A stretch of 64,000 nt of DNA from assembly GCF_902489365.1 (NCBI RefSeq), contig NZ_CABTZR010000002.1:7294-71293 (forward strand), in the 5' to 3' direction. The notes beneath the pieces are model-generated. The model was not told the DNA's origin, made no database searches, and saw only the letters and a list, made by a program, of their open reading frames with translations. A program made the position numbers and the translations under genes. Of the stretch, positions 39,915 through 48,408 are shown one piece after another. The stretch's first letter is position 1, and the number at the start of each line of letters is the position of its first letter. The stretch comes from an uncultured Corynebacterium sp. (GTDB lineage Bacteria > Actinomycetota > Actinomycetes > Mycobacteriales > Mycobacteriaceae).

Positions 39915-41118
39915 TCTGCGCGTGGGCCCTGTCGGCCCCATCTCCTTTTCCATCGCACCCGGCGAGCGCGTCGGCCTCATCGGCGATTCCGGCAGCGGCA
40001 AGTCACTCACCGCCCTAGCCATCATGGGGCTGTTGCCCGACCACCTGCAGGCCACCGGCTCCATCCGCTTCAACGGCCAGGAGTTGCTGAGCATGCGTGA
40101 TCGTGACCTGCGCAAGCTGCCGCTGGCCATGGTCTTCCAAGAACCCATGACCGCACTCGACCCGCTGATGAAGGTGCCCGGTTTCAACCGCTTCCCGCAC
40201 CAGCTTTCCGGTGGGCAGCGCCAGCGCGCGCTCATCGAGATGGCCATGGCCCGCCACCCCAAGCTGCTCATCTGCGATGAGCCAACCACCGCGCTGGATC
40301 CCTTCACCCAGGAGGAAATCCTCTCCACCATCGTGGATGCCGCGGACAGCGAAGACACGGCGCTGCTGTTTATTAGCCACGACCAGGACGTCGTCAAGCG
40401 CGTGTGCGACCGAGTCGTGCGCATCGGCGAGCTCACCACTCCTGACCTCACCCCGCCGCCCATGCCCACCCTGGGCAAGCCCGTCATCACGCTCAAGAAC
40501 GTGACCAAGACCTACCGCGGGGTGACCGCGCTGGACGACGTCTCCCTCACCGTCTGCGAGGGCGAACGCCTCGGCATCGTCGGCGGTTCCGGCTCCGGCA
40601 AATCCACGCTACTCAAGATGCTCACGGGGCTGGCGGAGCCGACCTCGGGAACGGTGGACGTCGCCAAGCGCGTGCACATGGTCTTCCAAGACCCCAAGGG
40701 CTCGCTCAACCCGCGCATGCCCATCTGGAAGATCGTGGCCGAGGGCGGCGGGACACGCGCAGAAGCCGAAGCCGTGCTGCGGGAGGTCGGCATCGAGGGC
40801 TTCGAGCGCTATCCCCGGGACTTCTCCGGCGGGCAGCGCCAACGCATCTCGCTGGCGCGCGCCGTGGTGGGCGGGCCGGAGATCCTGCTGGCGGACGAGG
40901 CCGTCTCGGCCCTGGATGCCACCTCGCGGGCCCAAGTCCTCGAGTTACTACAGCGCGTGACCAAGGACATGACGCTGGTCTTCGTCTCCCACGACATCGA
41001 TGTCGTGCGGCACTTATGCCCCACGGTGGCGGTCCTGCAGGACGGCCGGCTCGTGGATCGCGGCGAAACGAGTAAGGTGTTCTCCCGATATGGAACACCC
41101 ACTGCCGCAACGTCCTAA
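39898..41118 (+). CDS. Peptide ABC transporter ATP-binding protein, two fused compact NBDs
   Basis: Two Walker A (GDSGSGKS, GGSGSGKS), two SGGQRQR signatures, DEPT/DEAV. Confidence 0.9.
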   Translation: MLTVTDLRVGPVGPISFSIAPGERVGLIGDSGSGKSLTALAIMGLLPDHLQATGSIRFNGQELLSMRDRDLRKLPLAMVFQEPMTALDPLMKVPGFNRFPHQLSGGQRQRALIEMAMARHPKLLICDEPTTALDPFTQEEILSTIVDAADSEDTALLFISHDQDVVKRVCDRVVRIGELTTPDLTPPPMPTLGKPVITLKNVTKTYRGVTALDDVSLTVCEGERLGIVGGSGSGKSTLLKMLTGLAEPTSGTVDVAKRVHMVFQDPKGSLNPRMPIWKIVAEGGGTRAEAEAVLREVGIEGFERYPRDFSGGQRQRISLARAVVGGPEILLADEAVSALDATSRAQVLELLQRVTKDMTLVFVSHDIDVVRHLCPTVAVLQDGRLVDRGETSKVFSRYGTPTAATS

Positions 41119-42727
41119 CGCCCTTCAGCTCTTTACCGCCTTCAACACCTCCGCGCGCCGTTGGCCCGGTGCCCTGCGCGCGGCGTTGGCGATCATTATC
41201 CCCGGCGGGATCGCTGTAGCGACGGGCCACCCGGATGCGGTGCTGCTCATTTCGGCCGGTGCCTTCTCCGTGATCTTTGGCGAGGGGCACCCCTACCGCA
41301 CGCGGCGCCGCGTGATCCTCACCGCTGGCGGGCTGCTCACGCTGGCGGCCACGGCCGGTTCGCTCGTCGGCGTGCATGGCCTGGCGCTGTCCGCGGTGTT
41401 TACGGTGGCTCTGGCAACCATCGGCGCGTTCGTGCAGAATGCGCTGCGGCTGCCGCCGCCGGGCTCCTTCTTCATCGTGATGGTGGCCGGTGGTTCCACG
41501 ATGCTGCGCGGGGTCTCCCCGTGGGAGGTCGCCGCGTGGAGCCTGGCTGGCGTGGCGGCAGGTTATCTGCTGGGCATGGTGCCGCGCTTTAGGGACCCGC
41601 ACGGCCCGGAGACCCGCGCGGTGGCCGCGCTGGAGAAGGCCGCCGATACCTTCGTGAACTCCGATAGCGATTTCTTGGCTCGCCACCACCAGGCGCAGTC
41701 CGCCATCTCCACCGCCTGGCAAGCGCTTGCCGACGCCGGCGTCATCCGCGGCGGCCGCATCCGCCGCCCCGCTCAGGCGGAACTGGTTCACCGCGCGCTG
41801 GCCGCTCAGCAGCGGATCGTGGCACACCACAAGCAGGTCGGCGGCAACTCGGATGAGCTCTCTGATTCCCCCACCTACGTGGACCCGGACCGAACCACCA
41901 TCCCGCACACCAAGCCGACGATGCGCTACCGCTTCTACCGCGCCGCGGTGGGCAATTCCCACGCTGTGGTGACGGCGGAGAAGATCGCGCTTGGTGGCCT
42001 GGCCACCGCGTTCATTGGCATGGCGCTGGGGCTTAACCGCCCGGACTGGGGCGCGGTGTCGGTGCTCCTAGTCTTGCAGTGGGGGCCGGACCGGGTGCCC
42101 GGGACGATTCGCGGCATCCAGCGCATGCTGGGCTCGGTCTTGGGCGTGTGCGTCTTTGCGCTCATTGCGTCATTCAGCCCGCACGGCTGGGGCCTGGTGC
42201 TCGCCTTGGCCTTCTGCCAGTTCTGCGCGGAGATTCTGGTGGTGAAGAACTACGCCTTGTGCGTCATCTTCTCCACGCCGCTCGCTTTGCTCATGGGCAA
42301 CTCCTCGGAGCATTTGGCCCACACCATCGGCTCGCGCATGGCGGAGATTGGGCTCTCCGTGGTCGTGGCGATGCTCTTCTTGTGGCTGTGGAAGCCGCGC
42401 GCCCAGCTGACCAACCACTACCGCCTGCAAACGCGCTGCTTCGAAGCGATGGCAGCCTTGCTGGGCGCGCTGCTTATCAAGACCCCGGAAGAGGCGCTGG
42501 CGCAGCGCCGCGACCTGCACTACGAGCTGCTCTCGGAACGCCGCAGCATCCAGTCGCTGGCCACCAACCACTCCGATATCAGCCAGTTCTGGCAGCGCCA
42601 CACCGCCCTGCAAACCGCCGGCTACTTCCTCCTCGACTTCTGCGTGGTCAACCCGCTCTCGCAGCCCAGCCGAGCGGAGCTCGACACGCTCATCGAGAAA
42701 ATCACCGCAGCGGAAATGCGTCAATGA
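41090..42727 (+). CDS. FUSC family membrane protein
   Basis: RRWPGALRA, PPPGSFF, RPDW, R..QR..G, NYA..VIFSTP. Confidence 0.88.
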   Translation: MEHPLPQRPNALQLFTAFNTSARRWPGALRAALAIIIPGGIAVATGHPDAVLLISAGAFSVIFGEGHPYRTRRRVILTAGGLLTLAATAGSLVGVHGLALSAVFTVALATIGAFVQNALRLPPPGSFFIVMVAGGSTMLRGVSPWEVAAWSLAGVAAGYLLGMVPRFRDPHGPETRAVAALEKAADTFVNSDSDFLARHHQAQSAISTAWQALADAGVIRGGRIRRPAQAELVHRALAAQQRIVAHHKQVGGNSDELSDSPTYVDPDRTTIPHTKPTMRYRFYRAAVGNSHAVVTAEKIALGGLATAFIGMALGLNRPDWGAVSVLLVLQWGPDRVPGTIRGIQRMLGSVLGVCVFALIASFSPHGWGLVLALAFCQFCAEILVVKNYALCVIFSTPLALLMGNSSEHLAHTIGSRMAEIGLSVVVAMLFLWLWKPRAQLTNHYRLQTRCFEAMAALLGALLIKTPEEALAQRRDLHYELLSERRSIQSLATNHSDISQFWQRHTALQTAGYFLLDFCVVNPLSQPSRAELDTLIEKITAAEMRQ

Positions 42728-43193
42728 CCTCGTAGCGGGGCCCACCGCCGCGTCCCTCTCCCAAGAAGGATTGGACGAGGTTGATTTCCGTGACCTCAAA
42801 CTCGGGCCCGCGGTAGACGCTCAGTGCGTGCACCGCATCCGGGATGAGCCACGGATCCCGCGTCCGCCTTCCGGCTCGGGCCAACGTAAGGTGCGGGCGC
42901 GATGGCTCGAGCATGAGGTGTTTGATCTGCCCTTTGACGCCTGCCCACAGCACCTGCTTCTCAAAAGACCCAGCGCCGCTTAGGCTCAGCGTGAGTGGGG
43001 ACGCCTCAATGCCGCGCAGCGCCTCGCGGACCTCCACTGCGTCATTGGGCTGTTCCCCGAAAAAGTCGAGGGTGATGTGCCAGTTATCCGGGTCCGTCCA
43101 CCGCAGCCCGTTGTCCTTGAGCGGGCGCACGGCCCGCACGAGGTGCTCCCGGGCCTCCACGGAAGGGAAAAGAGCGCTGAAAAGGCGAATCAT
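42702..43193 (-). CDS. thpR: RNA 2',3'-cyclic phosphodiesterase (2H phosphoesterase)
   Basis: Two HxT motifs: HITL and PHLTLAR. Confidence 0.88.
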   Translation of the reverse strand: MIRLFSALFPSVEAREHLVRAVRPLKDNGLRWTDPDNWHITLDFFGEQPNDAVEVREALRGIEASPLTLSLSGAGSFEKQVLWAGVKGQIKHLMLEPSRPHLTLARAGRRTRDPWLIPDAVHALSVYRGPEFEVTEINLVQSFLGEGRGGGPRYEVIDAFPLR

Positions 43194-43376
43194 TTCACCG
43201 ACAGCAAAAGGTTTGGATCGAGTACGTGTTCCTCCACGAGTTCGAAGAGAGCGAAGGCTTCCTCCAGCTCACGGACATTCTCATCAAAATTAGGCAGCGA
43301 CATGGCATTCCAATCGACGCAGAGATAAGTGCCTTCATCCTAGCTCACAACACTGTCATTTCGCGCACCTGCGATA

Positions 43377-44154
43377 ATGGTCACCATGAACTCTCGACAA
43401 GCCACCGGTCCACCCGTTGGTCTCTATCCTCACGACATGCACCCGGGCTTGGTCCCCGGCATCGGCGTGGAGGACCAACGTCACCATCTTCGGCGGCACG
43501 GCCATCACCTTTAAGCGCGAAGAACTACCCAACTTTGATGGCTCCGCCTCCGGCGAGCAGGTTCTTTTCGCCATGTTCGACAACCTGCCGCTGAGCAGCA
43601 TCACGCCTTTCATTTTGATCCTGGTGCTGGCGGTCTTCTTCATCACCTCCGCCGATTCCGCTTCGGTCATCATGGGAACCATGTCCTCCAAGGGCAATCC
43701 CGCCCCGAACAAGATCATCGTTATCTTCTGGGGCCTGTGCATGATGGGCATCGCTGTTGTCATGCTGCTAACCGGCGGCGAAGACGTACTCACCGGCCTG
43801 CAGAACCTGACAATCCTGTCTGCCCTACCCTTCTGCATCGTGCTGCTCGTCATGATGGTGGCCTTCATCAAGGACCTGCGCTCCGACCCGGTATTCATCC
43901 GCCGCGCTTACGCGCGCGCCGCGGTGGAAAACGCCGTTGTGCGCGGCATCGAGGAGCACGGCGATGATTTCGAGCTCACCGTCGAGCATGCCGACGAGGG
44001 CCGCGGTGCTGGCTCCGACTTCGACTCCTCAGCGCACCGCTACACGGACTGGTACCAGCGCACCGATGAAAAGGGCGAAAATGTAGACTACGACTTCGAC
44101 ACCGATACCTGGGCCGATGGCTACGACCCGAACTCTGAGCAGAAGGAGACCTAA
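43377..44154 (+). pseudogene. BCCT (betaine/choline/carnitine) transporter with large internal deletion and frameshift
   Basis: N-terminal fragment MNSRQ..YPHDMHPGLVPGIGVEDQR joins out of frame at about 43481 to C-terminal TIFGGTAI..FFITSADSA..LQNLTILSALPF. Confidence 0.8.
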
Positions 44155-44535
44155 GTGGGCATCCCCGACGATGTCGTCCTCGACGGCTACACGCTTATCG
44201 AACAGCACGAAGTGGACCACGAGTTCCTCATCTATGGCTCGCCGCTCGCCGTGGATACGCCTCTGCTTTTCGCACTCACGATTGTTGGTGTTCTCCTCGT
44301 GGCGGCCAGCTTCTTCCTGCGCAGGCCGGTCCGCATCATCGCCGGCCTCTTGGGCGCGATCCTGACGCTGACCAAGCTGTGGTGGATGCCCATCGCACTG
44401 GCCCAACAGTTCAACGACAGCCAGGTCTTTGGCTACACGGTGAAGTACTACCCCCAGTACTGGCCGGCGGCCTCCGTCATCGTGGTCGTCATCGCTATCG
44501 TCGGCATCATTTCCGCCTTCCTCCGCCGACGCTAA
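44155..44535 (+). CDS. Small membrane protein (126 aa, about 3 TM)
   Basis: Hydrophobic segments; starts right after the BCCT stop. Confidence 0.7.
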   Translation: MGIPDDVVLDGYTLIEQHEVDHEFLIYGSPLAVDTPLLFALTIVGVLLVAASFFLRRPVRIIAGLLGAILTLTKLWWMPIALAQQFNDSQVFGYTVKYYPQYWPAASVIVVVIAIVGIISAFLRRR

Positions 44536-45176
44536 CGCGATTCCAACACCGCGATCGCAATGTGCACGCGGTTGGTACCGCCGAGCTTGTCCAAGATGTG
44601 CTTGATATGGGTCTTCACCGTGGTCACCGAGACGTAGAGCTGTCCGGCAATCTCCTGGTTGTCTAGGCCCTGGGCCACCAGCTCCGCCACCTCGTTTTCG
44701 CGCTCGCTTAGCTCTTCCAGCGGGCGGGGCTCACGCACCTCCGCTGCCGGAGTTGGCTCGGGGCGCTTGAGCGCCAGCAGGTTCTTCAGGGCCTTGGGGC
44801 TTAGCAGCTGCTGCCCGGTGGCCGCAGCCCGCACCGCAGAGACGAGGCCCTCCGGCTCGATGGTCTTAAGAAGAAACCCCATCGCACCTGCATGGAGCGC
44901 ATCCACGATGAACTCGTCCGTATCAAAAGCGGTGAGCATCACCACCGGGGTCTCCGGCGCGCTCGCGCGCAGCTGCCCGGCCGCCTCGATGCCGTCCATC
45001 ACGGGCATGCGGATATCCATGAGGACAACATCCGGTTGCAGATCCAGCACGCGGGCCACGCCATCGCGCCCATTGCCGGCCTCGGCCACCACCTCGATGT
45101 CTGCTGCGCCTTCCAGGATGAAGCGGATACCGCGCCGCAGCGCTTGCTCATCATCAACCAACACCACTGAAATCAT
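44532..45176 (-). CDS. NarL/LuxR family response regulator
   Basis: VDD, DVVLMDIRMP, LTAFD, GFLLK, LSERE.EV..LVAQG..N.EIA, TVKTH. Confidence 0.96.
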   Translation of the reverse strand: MISVVLVDDEQALRRGIRFILEGAADIEVVAEAGNGRDGVARVLDLQPDVVLMDIRMPVMDGIEAAGQLRASAPETPVVMLTAFDTDEFIVDALHAGAMGFLLKTIEPEGLVSAVRAAATGQQLLSPKALKNLLALKRPEPTPAAEVREPRPLEELSERENEVAELVAQGLDNQEIAGQLYVSVTTVKTHIKHILDKLGGTNRVHIAIAVLESR

Positions 45177-46345
45177 TACGCGTGTGCCTCCTCCGGTAGC
45201 TCGAGGACCCAGGTGAAGGTGGAGGCGTCGTCAAGCACGGTGAAGGTGCCTCCCGCCAGCCGGGCGCGTTCCTCCAAGCCCAGCAGGCCATTGCCGCCAC
45301 CGGACTCCGGCTGTGCTGCCACCTTCTTGTTCTGCATAGTCACCCGTACCTTGTTCTCCTCGTTGTCCACGCTGAGCGTCACCTTTTGGCCCGGCGCGTA
45401 CTTGCGCGCGTTCGTCAGCCCTTCCTGCACGGCGCGGCCCAGCGTGTGGGCGGCAAGGGTGCTCAGCTTATCGACGTCTCCCTTGACGTACCGCACCTTC
45501 GTCCCCGCCGCGCGTGCGCGCTCGATGTGTTCCTCGATGCTCGCGCGCGGATCCACGCGGTCATCCACGCGCAGCGCCTTGATGACCCCGCGCAGATCCT
45601 CCACGGCAGACTTCGCCTCCGATTGGATAGTCCCCGCAGCCTCAGCGACGTGCTCCGGATCGGCGTCCTTGCGGTAGTTCAGGCCACCCGCGTATACGGA
45701 AATAAGGCTGAGCCGGTGTGAGAGGGAATCGTGGATATCACGCGCAATGCGGTTGCGTTCCTCCAAGCGCGCCCGCTCCTCGCGCGAGCGCAACTGGTCC
45801 TCATTGAGCTCCGCCAAGCTCACCAACGTGACCTCGCGCTGGCGGCGCTGCGCGCGCACCGAGCCCGTAATCCAAGCGACGACGAGCACGATGATTCCAA
45901 AGAACCCGTATCCGAAAACCGACAGGTAGCTCAAGTGCAAGTAGGGCACCGCCATGACGGTCGCATACGAGACCACCAACACCACAGTCCCCGCCAAGGA
46001 CCACCGCAGTCGGCCGCGCGAGATGAGCGATATCAACACCACCAGCACTGACAGCGACAGCGGGCGAAACCCGCCTAGCGCTAAGACGAGTAGAGCCGCA
46101 ATCAGCGTCACTGGGTGGCCGGGGTACTCCTCGTGGATGTTGCGCTCCCGCCGCGAGTGATGCAGGGCAACGGGCAGCAGAACCCATGTGACAACGGCAA
46201 ATAGAATCATGAAGGAGGTGACGTATATTTCCCGGTCCGTCACCTCGAAGGTCTCGAGCTGAAGGATCCACGTGGCCATATCCGCCACCACGCAGAGCAG
46301 AATGAGCAGCACCGTGATCCACAGCGGTCTCGTCTTCTTCGTCAT
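45176..46345 (-). CDS. HisKA_3-type sensor histidine kinase
   Basis: Multiple TM segments; ERNRIARDIHDSLSH, QEGLTNARKYA, GNGLLGLEERA; ATG follows TATCGT by 7 nt. Confidence 0.95.
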   Translation of the reverse strand: MTKKTRPLWITVLLILLCVVADMATWILQLETFEVTDREIYVTSFMILFAVVTWVLLPVALHHSRRERNIHEEYPGHPVTLIAALLVLALGGFRPLSLSVLVVLISLISRGRLRWSLAGTVVLVVSYATVMAVPYLHLSYLSVFGYGFFGIIVLVVAWITGSVRAQRRQREVTLVSLAELNEDQLRSREERARLEERNRIARDIHDSLSHRLSLISVYAGGLNYRKDADPEHVAEAAGTIQSEAKSAVEDLRGVIKALRVDDRVDPRASIEEHIERARAAGTKVRYVKGDVDKLSTLAAHTLGRAVQEGLTNARKYAPGQKVTLSVDNEENKVRVTMQNKKVAAQPESGGGNGLLGLEERARLAGGTFTVLDDASTFTWVLELPEEAHA

Positions 46346-46377
46346 GGTTGTCACGATAGCCCTCCCCCACGGTATGG

Positions 46378-46403
46378 AAATCCTCCCTGCGGAGGATACC
46401 GGC
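46378..46403. promoter_or_regulatory. Putative response-regulator operator, copy 1 (ATCCTCC-N4-GGAGGAT)
   Basis: 26-nt sequence identical to 47164-47189; perfect 7-4-7 palindrome upstream of TAACCT-N7-ATG. Confidence 0.7.
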
Positions 46404-46433
46404 ACCCCAGGCGCGGTTCATAACCTAAGCCTC

Positions 46434-47222
46434 ATGAGAAGAACACGACTCTTGTACTATCTGCTCACCGCCGCCGGGCTGGTATACGTCGCTTATGATT
46501 TCTCCCACGGCGCTTTCGTGCCCACAAGTGCGCTCGCCGCAGTGTTATACGCGGCTGTCGCAATCGGTCTCACGTTGCTGATTTTGCGCAAGCACCCGGG
46601 CATTGCGCACGGTGTGGTGTGGGGCATCGTGGTCACCGGAGTCGCGGCTCAGCTCAACGAGAGCATGAATCACCTCCTCATCCGCGTGGCCCCAGACTGG
46701 CTGGTCGGCGCTGGAATCGCCCCGCTCAACGAGGAAGTCCTCAAATTCCTCGGCGTCCTCTTCATCTGCTCCTGCATCATCCGGCCCCGTCACTGGGCGG
46801 ACTACGTCTTCGTCGGTGTGGCGGTGGGCATGGGCTTTAGCGTGAGCGAAAACGCCGTCTACTACGTCAACATGACACTGGAGAACCTGGATTCCGATGT
46901 CAAGGGAACGCTGCTGGCGGTGCTTGCCCGATTCATCGCGAACCCGCTTATGCATTCCTTCTTCACCGCAATCGCGGCCTACGGGCTCTCCCGCAGACAA
47001 CCGGTGCGCTGGTTGCTCCTCGCCATGGCGGTACACTTCGCTGCCAACTTTGGCCCCTCTGTCACTATCGCGTTGGACGACGCCCTCTGGCCCCTCTTCC
47101 CCACCTTCCTCATCCTCATCTCCCTGTGGGTCGCCACGATTGTCAGCATCGTCAAGCTCCGCAAAATCCTCCCTGCGGAGGATACCGGCGCAACCCCGCA
47201 GTTCGTAGGGTCAAAAGCATGA
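46434..47222 (+). CDS. PrsW family intramembrane glutamic protease, copy 1
   Basis: EEVLK, GMGFSVSEN, R...PLMHSFFT, H.AANF. Confidence 0.88.
   Translation: MRRTRLLYYLLTAAGLVYVAYDFSHGAFVPTSALAAVLYAAVAIGLTLLILRKHPGIAHGVVWGIVVTGVAAQLNESMNHLLIRVAPDWLVGAGIAPLNEEVLKFLGVLFICSCIIRPRHWADYVFVGVAVGMGFSVSENAVYYVNMTLENLDSDVKGTLLAVLARFIANPLMHSFFTAIAAYGLSRRQPVRWLLLAMAVHFAANFGPSVTIALDDALWPLFPTFLILISLWVATIVSIVKLRKILPAEDTGATPQFVGSKA
47164..47189. promoter_or_regulatory. Putative response-regulator operator, copy 2 (inside the 3' end of prsW-1)
   Basis: Identical to 46378-46403; followed by TAGGGT-N7-ATG(47219). Confidence 0.7.
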
Positions 47223-47641
47223 GAAACACACTGATTTATTCCTGCATCGGCGTCCTCGCCGCAGTACCGCTTGCCGACGCCCTCCTCCCCGACCCCACTC
47301 CCGACACCACGCCCGTACGCGGTATCCCGGGGCTTGAATGCCCGGAGGATCCGTACGCCTCCTCGCAGACCTGGAACTGCGGTGGTGCGACCATCATTTC
47401 TGAGGAAGGCAGCTCCTCCCACGAGGTCGAGACCTACCTGCCGCGGCAGCACCGTTCCTTCATCGGGACGCGCGCGCTCACCGACGCCCCCATCACCACC
47501 CAGGCTGCCGAGCTTTACCGCGTTTCCGACGAGGACGGAATCACGCTGGCGAACCCGCACAACAACACCGTCTCCTTCCTCCACATCGAGGGCCCGAAGG
47601 CAAGTGACTTCGCCGACCGCGTGCAGAAGGAGGACGCATGA
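47219..47641 (+). CDS. Small exported/anchored protein (140 aa) with a Cys pair
   Basis: N-terminal hydrophobic segment, Pro/Thr linker, CPED...WNC; ATGA overlaps on both sides. Confidence 0.75.
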   Translation: MRNTLIYSCIGVLAAVPLADALLPDPTPDTTPVRGIPGLECPEDPYASSQTWNCGGATIISEEGSSSHEVETYLPRQHRSFIGTRALTDAPITTQAAELYRVSDEDGITLANPHNNTVSFLHIEGPKASDFADRVQKEDA

Positions 47642-48408
47642 AGTACCTCTACTATCTGCTGACCCTCGGCGCGCTGGCCATGTCCGCCTTCCACTACGCG
47701 GGCGAGCCCTTCCTTTCCGCCAGCTCGCTGACTGCTGTGGTCTTCGCCGCCGTCGTTGTCTGCCTCACGCTGTTCTTCCTGCGCCGCTGCCCAGGAATTG
47801 CGCACGGCGTGGTGTGGGGCTTCGCGGTCTCCGGGCTCGCCGTGGAACTCAACACGAACATGACCCATCTCCTTGCCCGCGCGGGCCTGGACTGGCTGGG
47901 CGCTGCCGGGTACGCGCCGCTCACCGAAGAAGTGCTGAAATTCCTCGGCGTGATTCTCATTTGCACCTGCGTCATCCGGCCCCGTAGCTGGCTCGACTAT
48001 GTCTTCGTGGGCGTGGCCGTGGGCCTCGGTTTCACTGCGGGTGAGGACGCAACCGCCTTCGCGCGCATGACGGTGGATAACCTCGATTCGGATACCGCCG
48101 GCGCGCTCTCAGCGGTGGTCATCCGATTGGTATCCAACCCGCTCTCCCACTCGCTGTTCACCGGGCTTAGCGCCTATGGCCTGTCCCGAAAGCAGCCGGT
48201 GCGCTGGCTCATTATCGCCATCGCGGTGCACGTGACGAACAACCTCTTCCCGTCGCTAAGCACCGCGTTCGACGACGCCATCTGGCCCGTCCTCGCCGGC
48301 ATGGTCGTCGTGCTAGCCGTGTGGATAGCCACCATCTGGGGCGTTATTGCGCTGCGGAAGAAGGCGGCTGCGCATCCAGCCCTGTCCCCTGCACCGGTGC
48401 GCGCATAG
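47638..48408 (+). CDS. PrsW family intramembrane glutamic protease, copy 2
   Basis: EEVLK, GLGFTAGED, PLSHSLFT, HVTNN; clearly paralogous to copy 1. Confidence 0.88.
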   Translation: MKYLYYLLTLGALAMSAFHYAGEPFLSASSLTAVVFAAVVVCLTLFFLRRCPGIAHGVVWGFAVSGLAVELNTNMTHLLARAGLDWLGAAGYAPLTEEVLKFLGVILICTCVIRPRSWLDYVFVGVAVGLGFTAGEDATAFARMTVDNLDSDTAGALSAVVIRLVSNPLSHSLFTGLSAYGLSRKQPVRWLIIAIAVHVTNNLFPSLSTAFDDAIWPVLAGMVVVLAVWIATIWGVIALRKKAAAHPALSPAPVRA

